Shown here: one piece after another, positions 45,606 to 52,696 of the stretch
Layout of the letters: each line of letters begins with the position of its first letter
How positions within the stretch are numbered: the first letter of the stretch is position 1
Origin: a virus
Lineage: Duplodnaviria > Caudoviricetes
Reading direction: 5' to 3' (one strand)
Virus record (IMG/VR): IMGVR_UViG_3300047160_014545
Location: 17,625-81,624 of that record
Length of the DNA stretch: 64,000 nucleotides
Made by a program: the position numbers and the translations under genes
The notes under the pieces: model-generated
What the model was told of the DNA's origin: nothing
The model's database searches: none
Seen by the model: the letters and a program-made list of their open reading frames with translations, nothing else

Positions 45606-46081
45606 TTCCCTCCCGATTCGGGTCCGATAAGCTCCGCGTTCCAGCCCTGTTTGGTCCGCCACACCCAAATATATTTATCTCCGCTTTTCGCGGTGCCGCC
45701 ACATCTTTTTCCAATATTCTGATGTTGTGGAAATCCTTTCTGTGCATGCCAGGAAAAGACAGAAACCAATAATGCTCGCGCCTCATCGTAATTCCTGCAT
45801 CCCTGCAGGGTTATCGTTCCTATTCCTATATAAGCATGATCTTCAAAATCATTCCGACCTCCGGATCGATAGGTCTTAACCCCATCTTCGTTGGCGACCG
45901 CGAGTGAATTGCACACCGCATTCTCGGCATCGGCATCATTATGGGAGCGGACATAAGCCACTATCAGTGCGGCCCAATCTCGATAGCTTTTGCACCCAAG
46001 CACTCCCGAGAAGCGCCAAGGTTCATCACAATGCTTTAAGCGTTTTTTCAGCATTCTTCTTTCTCCAAAAACCATAGTCAC
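45602..46081 (-). CDS. Hypothetical protein
   Basis: 159 aa; RBS AGAGG. Confidence 0.5.
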   Translation of the reverse strand: MTMVFGERRMLKKRLKHCDEPWRFSGVLGCKSYRDWAALIVAYVRSHNDADAENAVCNSLAVANEDGVKTYRSGGRNDFEDHAYIGIGTITLQGCRNYDEARALLVSVFSWHAQKGFPQHQNIGKRCGGTAKSGDKYIWVWRTKQGWNAELIGPESGGK

Positions 46082-46089
46082 ACCTCTAG

Positions 46090-46720
46090 CCCTTTCTGTC
46101 CCCGGATGTAGGAAGGGATACTCTAGCTGTACCCCCTTACCAGCACCTCGAGTGGCTCTTGTCCTTTGAGCCAGGTAGCCACCATGAAGGAGCTACCGAC
46201 ATACTAGGGCCCCCCGGAGCCGTTGAGCTCCCCCGAATCGTAATTCGGTCATCCTGGGCCATTTTGAGCGGGTTGGCCCCTATGCGAGTTTCGGACTCTG
46301 GCCCGCATAGCCGTTAACCCGTTTGTCCAACTCCGAGGTGAGTGCTCGAAGCCATCCATTGTGCCGGGGCGTCAAATGGGCGCAAGACGGAGCCCGGCCT
46401 TCTCGTGCAATACGGGAGGCGAAGGGTTTTGAGACCCTACTCGCTCGCCTCTTGCTTCACAGGCTTGTTGTGGGACACGCCTGGCAACCCGGTGGACAGC
46501 AGATTTCTTGCGGGGTTGCCAACGGAGGAAAACTAAGTTAGGCTCCTCCGTGTTCGAGCGCGGGACTGCCGTCACAGACCGACTCGACAAGGCACCAAAG
46601 GGGCACCCGGGTCGGTCATGAAGGCAACCGCTCGGGTGTTCTTTTGTGCACCTCCAGCCTTACACAGAAGCGCAGAAGCGCGCAAGCGGGAAAATTGATG
46701 CGCCCTCAGCGCGGGCGGGC
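46090..46720 (-). ncRNA. Candidate large structured RNA or long structured leader
   Basis: No credible ORF; at least six short perfect stems (46153/46168, 46174/46192, 46233-46248, 46280/46304, 46416/46445, 46483/46513). Strand is a guess. Confidence 0.45.
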
Positions 46721-46754
46721 AACCCCGACATTTTAATTTATTCCCGAAAATATA

Positions 46755-46784
46755 TTGACCTCTCCGCGGAAACCGGCGCATATT
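46755..46784 (+). promoter_or_regulatory. Rightward sigma70-type promoter
   Basis: TTGACC-18 nt-CATATT; contains TCTCCG. Confidence 0.5.
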
Positions 46785-46875
46785 ATGCGTGTTCGAGGGA
46801 AAACCCCTTAACCGGAGATAGCCATGCGGACAGCGCCGGGAAAACCGGCGCACCCACGTCGCTAAAGGAGCCAGG

Positions 46876-47076
46876 ATGCTAATGGGCTACGCCGATATTC
46901 CAATAACTCGATACAAGGTCGAGTTTGTGTGTCCGTCGACCGGCAACGTCGGAAGCGACGAGGTTGACGCGTACAGCGCCAAAGATGCGCGGGACCGAGT
47001 CAGACGATCGGCGCACGTCAGGATTGACATCACCGGTGTCTCGCCGATTGGGCGAGGCGGGCAAACGAGTCGATAA
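46876..47076 (+). CDS. Hypothetical protein
   Basis: RBS AAGGAG; 66 aa. Confidence 0.55.
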   Translation: MLMGYADIPITRYKVEFVCPSTGNVGSDEVDAYSAKDARDRVRRSAHVRIDITGVSPIGRGGQTSR

Positions 47077-47089
47077 CCCCCCCGAGCGG

Positions 47090-47788
47090 ATGGCAAATTA
47101 CCCAATAAGGTTGGAGCGAGATTACGTAGAATCGTTTACCCCCGCTGACCTCTCGGCTCCGCTTTCATTGATGCGCTTTCGCCTGACCTATGATGGCCCC
47201 TTGCCAGCGATGAATAAGCGCAAGCGTGCATCATGGGCTCCTGTGAAATGGAAGATCAGAGAACAAATAAGCCCTCAACTTATCGAATTGTACGAAGTCC
47301 ATCCCATACTAAGCGCGCCGGCGCGCATGATGTTGTGGGCCGGCAATCAATATTTATTGAAGAACGCTGCAGGAAGAGAAGTGAGTGGAGTACATGAGGC
47401 GGTACGAGAACCTATTAGCGTTGGAAGTAACAACTTTATTTCTCTTGTCAGGAAATCTCTCGCGCTTTCTTGCTCTATAAACGTAATCTTTTTAAGAAGA
47501 CATAAGCCAGGTCAACTGGTAACAGGAGGAGATATTGACAATAGGATGCAAATTCTCTTTGATGCGCTCCAAATACCCGACAAGAATGAGTTAGCGGCAG
47601 GTATACCCAATAACCCGCCATCTCACTATTTATTGGAAGACGATTCGCTCGTAACCGGAATTTCCATACAAACAGATAGGTTATTAATCCCAAAGGGTGC
47701 CGATCCAAATCATGCCCTTTTGATGATTGATGTCACGATCCGGGTTATGGAACTAACGGCTTACAATATCGGTTTTATCGGAGATTGA
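47090..47788 (+). CDS. RusA-like fold protein, lower GC
   Basis: MRFRLTYDGPL...GGDIDNRMQILFDAL...LLEDDSLV. Start at 47090 or 47171. Confidence 0.55.
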   Translation: MANYPIRLERDYVESFTPADLSAPLSLMRFRLTYDGPLPAMNKRKRASWAPVKWKIREQISPQLIELYEVHPILSAPARMMLWAGNQYLLKNAAGREVSGVHEAVREPISVGSNNFISLVRKSLALSCSINVIFLRRHKPGQLVTGGDIDNRMQILFDALQIPDKNELAAGIPNNPPSHYLLEDDSLVTGISIQTDRLLIPKGADPNHALLMIDVTIRVMELTAYNIGFIGD

Positions 47789-47876
47789 TCCTAGAAGTCG
47801 CCACTACACGGTGTTATCTGTGGCTTCATGCGAAAGTCCACATCGGCTCAGAAGCCAGTTAATTGACGAGCCCGGA

Positions 47877-48014
47877 ATGGCAGAGCGCTTTCAGCGGGCG
47901 CTACGGAATGCCCTCAACATGCCGCCGAAGCATCGATCGCCACCCTCGCCGAAACCGAAGGAGCGACCTACATCGAAGGGGCGCGTTCACAAGGGGAAAA
48001 CGCGCGGGAATTAA
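47877..48014 (+). CDS. Small basic protein (ERFQRALRNALNMPPK)
   Basis: Resembles short ORFs I associate with IS1595-family elements (recollection). Confidence 0.45.
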   Translation: MAERFQRALRNALNMPPKHRSPPSPKPKERPTSKGRVHKGKTRGN

Positions 48015-48189
48015 GCCCTAACGGCGAAACTCTCTGAATGCCGCACCTCGGCAGGTAACGCCAGAAAGCCCAACTCGCGGCGTGTCGGTAGTGCCGCAAT
48101 GCGCTCCATGATTGAATTCGAGGCCGGCCTCGGTCGCGGGGTATTCGATGTCCGGCAGAAGAGGGCTGTCGTCTGGCATGCGCCCCGGT

Positions 48190-48240
48190 ATGAGTCCGCC
48201 GATAGGTGAGGCGCTTGCCTTCGGCTCCGGCGATGGCGCG
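48190..48240 (-). mobile_element. Possible remnant of an IS1595-family transposase C-terminus
   Basis: Translates RAIAGAEGKRLTYRRTH with no upstream DDE core. Confidence 0.45.
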
Positions 48241-48469
48241 GCGGGTGGGGAGCCGCTACCAGCGGAACGTTCTTTGAACTTCTTGCCTTTGCCGACAATG
48301 AAGGCGTCATCGGCTCTCGGGTCGCCACGAAGCTAGCGAAAGACTTTGCAGATAACGATAGCAAAGCGCGATCGATGGATGATGACGGCTATTGCTACGG
48401 AAAATATCGAGAATGGGTGAACGCTCTCAATATGGCCAGCGATGGCGGCGCGATTGATTTTCACTGAAA

Positions 48470-49099
48470 TTAACTCGCAATCCTCTGCTGCGGGTTAGGC
48501 TCTGTATGGTCCATGCCCCAAACATCGAAATTCCGGAATTCTATATCGGCGATTTCCACTAATAATTTATATAGAGAATTCCACCAATGTGAATAGGCGG
48601 AAAAGGCTTGAGCGACGGCGATGTCATCGTTGATGATAACCACCGGACACCACGACAATTTGCAGCGCAATTCGAAGTCGTAGCGGCTGCTCTGCTTGAC
48701 GACTAATTTTCTTCCATTGTGCTCAGTGACCGGAACCAATTTGGGTGGCCCGGGATAATCCGGGATCTCGCCACCGCGCCCGAAGCGAACAATCTCGCTG
48801 GCCATCAGCACCGGCAACGATAAAACCGCATCATGGAGGAGCTCGGCATCGGGATGAACAGCAGCGGCATAAACCCCGCCACGGGGCGGGCGGTCGTTAT
48901 CGATCATGCAACCGAGCTCGGCGATTCTGCCCACCGCCGCCAGCCCATCAAGACTGTGCCGACGCAAAGGCGGGGCAAAACTGTCGCGCTCGACCTCGCG
49001 TTCGCCGGCAAGCAAAGCTTTACCAGTGACCTCAATTACCCGTTGCCGGGAATAAGTCCAGATGACAAAATCCTCAAGAGATGTTGATTTGCGCAGCAA
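48470..49099 (-). CDS. Conserved alphaproteobacterial phage protein, possible regulator
   Basis: EDFVIWTY...SLDG...LGCMID...HPDAELLHDAV; has its own strong promoter. Confidence 0.6.
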   Translation of the reverse strand: MLRKSTSLEDFVIWTYSRQRVIEVTGKALLAGEREVERDSFAPPLRRHSLDGLAAVGRIAELGCMIDNDRPPRGGVYAAAVHPDAELLHDAVLSLPVLMASEIVRFGRGGEIPDYPGPPKLVPVTEHNGRKLVVKQSSRYDFELRCKLSWCPVVIINDDIAVAQAFSAYSHWWNSLYKLLVEIADIEFRNFDVWGMDHTEPNPQQRIAS

Positions 49100-49142
49100 A
49101 AGTGCGTTCTCCCCTTAATGCAATTCCCCATCAAACGAAATT

Positions 49143-49171
49143 ATATTAGTAAAATAAACGGCGACTGTCAA
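49143..49171 (-). promoter_or_regulatory. Leftward sigma70-type promoter
   Basis: TTGACA-17 nt-TAATAT. Confidence 0.7.
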
Positions 49172-49233
49172 ACGCCGCAAAAAGTGAGCGAGAGGATCGA
49201 ATAACGATAACGCCAATTATTCAATTTCCTCTC

Positions 49234-49317
49234 GTGCCCACACCGGCCTCGCCTTGCCATGCCCGGCCAAGCCTCTCCATGCGTCGCCCTGCCGAGCCTG
49301 CCCCAGCGTACCATGCC
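49234..49317 (-). repeat. Minus-strand GGC-NN pentamer unit (candidate guide RNA)
   Basis: GGCAGGC TC GGCAG GGCGA CGCAT GGAGA GGCTT GGCCG GGCAT GGCAA GGCGA GGCCG GTGTG GGCAC. Confidence 0.8.
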
Positions 49318-49514
49318 CCTGAGCAAGCGGAGGCGGGAAATTTTCCTTCTTGACATTCCCAGCGAAATTCGCCGGAATCCATTCGCCGTCGCAGTCACGA
49401 CGGAAAAGAACGCGACACCGGAAATTTACGAGCTTCCTCGTTCCGGCGTTGCATAGCAACCCCTGTACCATCGCGTTCCGGGCGTGACTGGCCGGAACGA
49501 GGAGGACCTGATTT

Positions 49515-50549
49515 ATGACTAAAATACAATCGGACATCGCTACCATCGCAGGCGTGGCTTCGCATGGCGAGGACAGGACTGGCCCGGTAGGGCAGGCTTC
49601 GACGGGCATGGATTCGCGCGGGGCGGCAAGACAACGCTCGGCAGGCGCGGCAACGCGGGGCAGGGCAAGGATCGGCCAGCCAATGTCCGGCGTGGAAGGG
49701 CAGGCATGGCAAGGCGCGGCGGGACAGGACGCGGCGAGGCATGGCAAGGCAGGCTCGGCTGGGAGTGATCTGGTCAGACGAGGCTTGGAAGGGCCGGGCA
49801 CGGCAGGCGGGGCAACGCTCGGCAAGGAGAGGTATGGCTTGGATGGGCTCGGCCAGGCAGGCGCGGGCAGGCGTGGTAAGGCAGGGTCTGGCGTGGAGCG
49901 GCCGGCAACAAATGGTTTAGAACTCGCGCAATCTAAAGAAATCGTTCGAATCCCCGAGCCAAACTTTAAAGAAGCCATTCTCGTGATAGAGGGTACGGCG
50001 CCTTACGTGCAGCACGCGTTTTCGCAAAAAGCGCGAACGAAAATGGAGGAAAGCCAGCGCGCTGGCGCGCGCAGCAAAACCAGAAAAACACGAGAAGCAC
50101 GCAACTTCGAGAGTGATTACGAAGCTGCGATGCATCGGTCGACTGAAGGATGGCTTGGGATCCCTGCTCCATCATTTCGGAATGCTCTAATCTCCGCATG
50201 TAAAATCGTCGGCTTCGTAATGACGAAAGCCAAGCTGGCGGTTTTTATAATTGCCGATGGGATTGATGTCGTTGATGGCACACCGCTCGTCAAAATCGAG
50301 GGAGAGCCGAGGATCCATCAGAGCTATGCCCGCAACGAAAGTGGTGTAGCCGATCTGCGATGGCGACCAATGTGGGAAAAATGGTCAGCAAAGGTCCACA
50401 TCAAATGGGATGCTGATATGTTTTCGGCACAAGATATAACTAATCTAATGGCGCGGGCTGGCGGTCAGGTGGGGATTGGCGAAGGCCGGCCCGATTCACC
50501 CAACTCCAACGGGCTTGGTTGGGGCACTTTTGAGGTAATTCCATCATGA
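49515..50549 (+). CDS. RAMP/Cas7-like protein (Vipr-like); folded domain about 49893-50549
   Basis: ILVIEGTAPYVQH, GIPAPSFRNALISA and C-terminal Gly loop GIGEGRP...GLGWGTFEV. Start is either ATG 49515 (GGAGGA RBS, reading through the array) or GTG 49893. Confidence 0.75.
   Translation: MTKIQSDIATIAGVASHGEDRTGPVGQASTGMDSRGAARQRSAGAATRGRARIGQPMSGVEGQAWQGAAGQDAARHGKAGSAGSDLVRRGLEGPGTAGGATLGKERYGLDGLGQAGAGRRGKAGSGVERPATNGLELAQSKEIVRIPEPNFKEAILVIEGTAPYVQHAFSQKARTKMEESQRAGARSKTRKTREARNFESDYEAAMHRSTEGWLGIPAPSFRNALISACKIVGFVMTKAKLAVFIIADGIDVVDGTPLVKIEGEPRIHQSYARNESGVADLRWRPMWEKWSAKVHIKWDADMFSAQDITNLMARAGGQVGIGEGRPDSPNSNGLGWGTFEVIPS
49547..49904 (+). ncRNA. GGY-NN pentamer array, six complete units plus a partial seventh, delimited by GGCAGGC (VIPR-like guide array)
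   Basis: Delimiters at 49547 (CGCAGGC), 49591, 49640, 49699, 49748, 49802, 49856 and 49866; strict 5-nt phase within units. Confidence 0.8.
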
Positions 50550-50989
50550 GCATCAAAGACGAACTACTGGCGTTGACTGACACTGCGGATGGCATGATTC
50601 ATGCCGGTCAGGTCGTCAGTTGGGCGCAGCGTAACACCGATTCCGAGCTTCATCCCCAGTTCGAATGGGATGACAGTAAAGCGGCGCATGAGCACCGGCT
50701 TAATCAGGCCCGACGGCTTATCGCTATCCATGTGGTCTTTGAACCCACTGGGAAGCGCGCTGTCGTTTCGCTAATTCCTGATCGGGTACATGGGGGCGGA
50801 TACCGCCCCCTACCCCCTATTCTCTCGAATCGGGAAATGCGCAGTATGCTGGTGCGGCAAATCCTCGACGAAGCCACGCGAGTGCTCGATCGCTACCCGC
50901 AACTCAACGAGTTGAGCCCACTACGGAATGCGATCGAGACACAGCGGCGATTGCTGGAAATGGCAGAACAACCGTTGGCTGCCGATTAA
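50546..50989 (+). CDS. Partner protein of the RAMP-like gene
   Basis: ATGA overlap; VVSWAQRNTDSELHPQFEWDDSKAAHEHRLNQARRLI. Confidence 0.75.
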   Translation: MSIKDELLALTDTADGMIHAGQVVSWAQRNTDSELHPQFEWDDSKAAHEHRLNQARRLIAIHVVFEPTGKRAVVSLIPDRVHGGGYRPLPPILSNREMRSMLVRQILDEATRVLDRYPQLNELSPLRNAIETQRRLLEMAEQPLAAD

Positions 50990-50996
50990 ACTTTTC

Positions 50997-51285
50997 GGCT
51001 GGGCTCGGCTAGGCTCGGCAAGGCCTGGCAGCGCAGGCATGGTTAGGCCGGGCATGGCGGGACGGGGCTGGGCAGGCGGGGCATGGCATGGTTAGGCCAG
51101 ACACGGCCAGGACTGGCAGGCGCGGCTCGGCGGGGCCGGGCGCCGCGAGGCTAGGATGGGCGAGGCAGGGACGGGCCGGCCGGGCAAGGCGTGGTATGGG
51201 AAGGCAAGGAAGGGCGGGGCAGAAACGGAAGGGCGCGACTTGGCGCGACTCGGCACGGTTTGGGCGGGCAGGCACGGCTAGGCTG
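50997..51285 (+). ncRNA. Second GGY-NN pentamer array
   Basis: Delimiters at 51032 (CGCAGGC), 51071, 51115 and 51267; variants GGCCGGC at 51174 and GGCAGAA at 51218. Confidence 0.75.
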
Positions 51286-51295
51286 CGTTCTCTAT

Positions 51296-51357
51296 CCATG
51301 CCTGCGAGCCAACCGGGCCTGACCTTGCCTAGCCGAGCCGTGCCAAACCCAGCCATC
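51296..51357 (-). repeat. Inverted GGY-NN unit closing the second array
   Basis: Minus strand GGCTG GGTTT GGCAC GGCTC GGCTA GGCAA GGTCA GGCCC...CGCAGGC ATGG. Confidence 0.75.
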
Positions 51358-51421
51358 CGAACTTAACACGGCCCTCCATCAAACCGACGGAAATATTTTT
51401 CGTAAATTCGCTAAAATAATG

Positions 51422-51450
51422 TTGACACCCTCTCCGTTTCGGCATATTTT
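51422..51450 (+). promoter_or_regulatory. Rightward sigma70-type promoter
   Basis: TTGACA-17 nt-TATTTA; contains TCTCCG and CATATT. Confidence 0.55.
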
Positions 51451-51483
51451 ATTCTCGGAATAAGAGGGGAAAGTAACCCAAAG

Positions 51484-51723
51484 ATGCGACCCGATGACCT
51501 CTCCGTGTGGATACGCCTTCGCTTTGGCGCGCAAAAGCCAGCTGCCGAAGCGCTCGCTATCTCTACTTCTACATTGGAAAAGTACCTTTACGGCACGCAA
51601 GCCATCACCCGGCAATCGCGCCGCATCATCGAGTTGCTTAATCGAATCGAGGGGCTCGAAAAAGAAAATGCGAGCCTAGCCGCAACCATCGTCGATATGG
51701 CGCGGTCCAAAATCGCGGAATAA
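51484..51723 (+). CDS. Cro/XRE-like HTH regulator
   Basis: QKPAAEALAISTSTLEKYLYG. Confidence 0.7.
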   Translation: MRPDDLSVWIRLRFGAQKPAAEALAISTSTLEKYLYGTQAITRQSRRIIELLNRIEGLEKENASLAATIVDMARSKIAE

Positions 51724-51745
51724 CCCTGCAATTGGAGGAACGATC

Positions 51746-52387
51746 ATGGCCTATCGCAATCTCCCGCCAGTGCCGCACGACATGGATTTTCAGATCCCGC
51801 TGGTAATCGTCGGCGAGTGCCCGACACCGCCGGCAGAGGGGAACTGGTTGTTCGAAGTGAAGCAAGATGGCTGGCGGACTGTCGTGTTCACCGATGGCCG
51901 CGGCGGGCTTCGAGTGCAAACCAAGAACGGGCGAGATTACACTTGGCAATTCGCGGCACCCTTTCGCGAATTCGCACGCGAGGGCCATGCGATGATTCTC
52001 GACGGCGAGATTGTGGTCCCCGACGAAATCGGCATCACTCGCCTAGATGCGCTGCATCAAGCCATGCGCTCGGGCGAAACCGGGCGGCTGATTTTTTGCC
52101 CGTTTGACGTGCTGATCCTGGATGGCCGCGATATGCGCCCGTTTCCGATCGAGACGCGCAAGGCGAGTCTGGCAGCTCATTTTAAGGCACACCCTCACCC
52201 GACCATCAACCCGGTGCCTTGCCTGACCGGCGTTACCGCCGAAAAAGTATGGAGTTGCGCGCAGACTCTTGGCGTTGAAGGTATCGTCAGCAAAAAAATG
52301 GGCACGCCTTATTGGGGCTCGCCGCAGCCCTCAAAGGTGTGGCTCAAATCTATCTGCAACCCTCCGGCTATGATTTCAGCCGGATAG
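51746..52387 (+). CDS. ATP-dependent DNA ligase, adenylation domain only
   Basis: Motif I EVKQDGWR, ILDGEIVV, FDVLILDG, EGIVSK, WLK; ends without an OB domain. Confidence 0.85.
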   Translation: MAYRNLPPVPHDMDFQIPLVIVGECPTPPAEGNWLFEVKQDGWRTVVFTDGRGGLRVQTKNGRDYTWQFAAPFREFAREGHAMILDGEIVVPDEIGITRLDALHQAMRSGETGRLIFCPFDVLILDGRDMRPFPIETRKASLAAHFKAHPHPTINPVPCLTGVTAEKVWSCAQTLGVEGIVSKKMGTPYWGSPQPSKVWLKSICNPPAMISAG

Positions 52388-52696
52388 GAGACCGGGAGCC
52401 CTGTACCTCACACGGCCAGCGGAGAGGCCGACAGACGCGATGCTCGCAAGAGTTAAGGTCAGCCAAGGCTCCCGTGTTCATAGTCCGGCAGCCAATCGCG
52501 CCGTTCGTTCTCCGCATCAACAACCCTGCAATGGAGGAAAATAAAATGACCGCAGATGGCCTCAACAATCGAGCAAGCTTTGATGAATTGCGCCATACTG
52601 TTTACCAGCGCAATGCGCACAGCAACCGCGAAAAGCTGTGGAATTTCCTGGGCATTACGGCGCTCGTTATCCTGTTGCTGACATGAGGACCTTCCC

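Noticed and set aside
46270-46320. Group II intron domain V or hammerhead ribozyme
   Set aside because: No AGC/CGC triad in a D5 geometry, no CUGAUGA core and no interrupted host gene.
49325-49335. Contiguous match AAGCGGAGGCG to the concatenated NN of unit U4 (also GATTTGCGC near 49086 for U2)
   Set aside because: Ungapped 9-11-nt matches are expected by chance given many units and 128 kb of two-strand sequence, and they do not fit a gapped code.
49217-49978. 253-aa minus ORF and other ORFs over the arrays (49395-49742, 51009-51356, 51088-51366)
   Set aside because: Low-complexity translations of the pentamer arrays with no protein motifs.
49547-51357. Classical CRISPR array
   Set aside because: No 23-47-bp identical repeats with unique spacers and no cas1/cas2. 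The periodicity is 5 nt.
51398-51421. Partial gapped self-match of U2 (TT.CG.AA.TT.GC) in the promoter region
   Set aside because: Only the first five pairs roughly match; not convincing without a systematic search.
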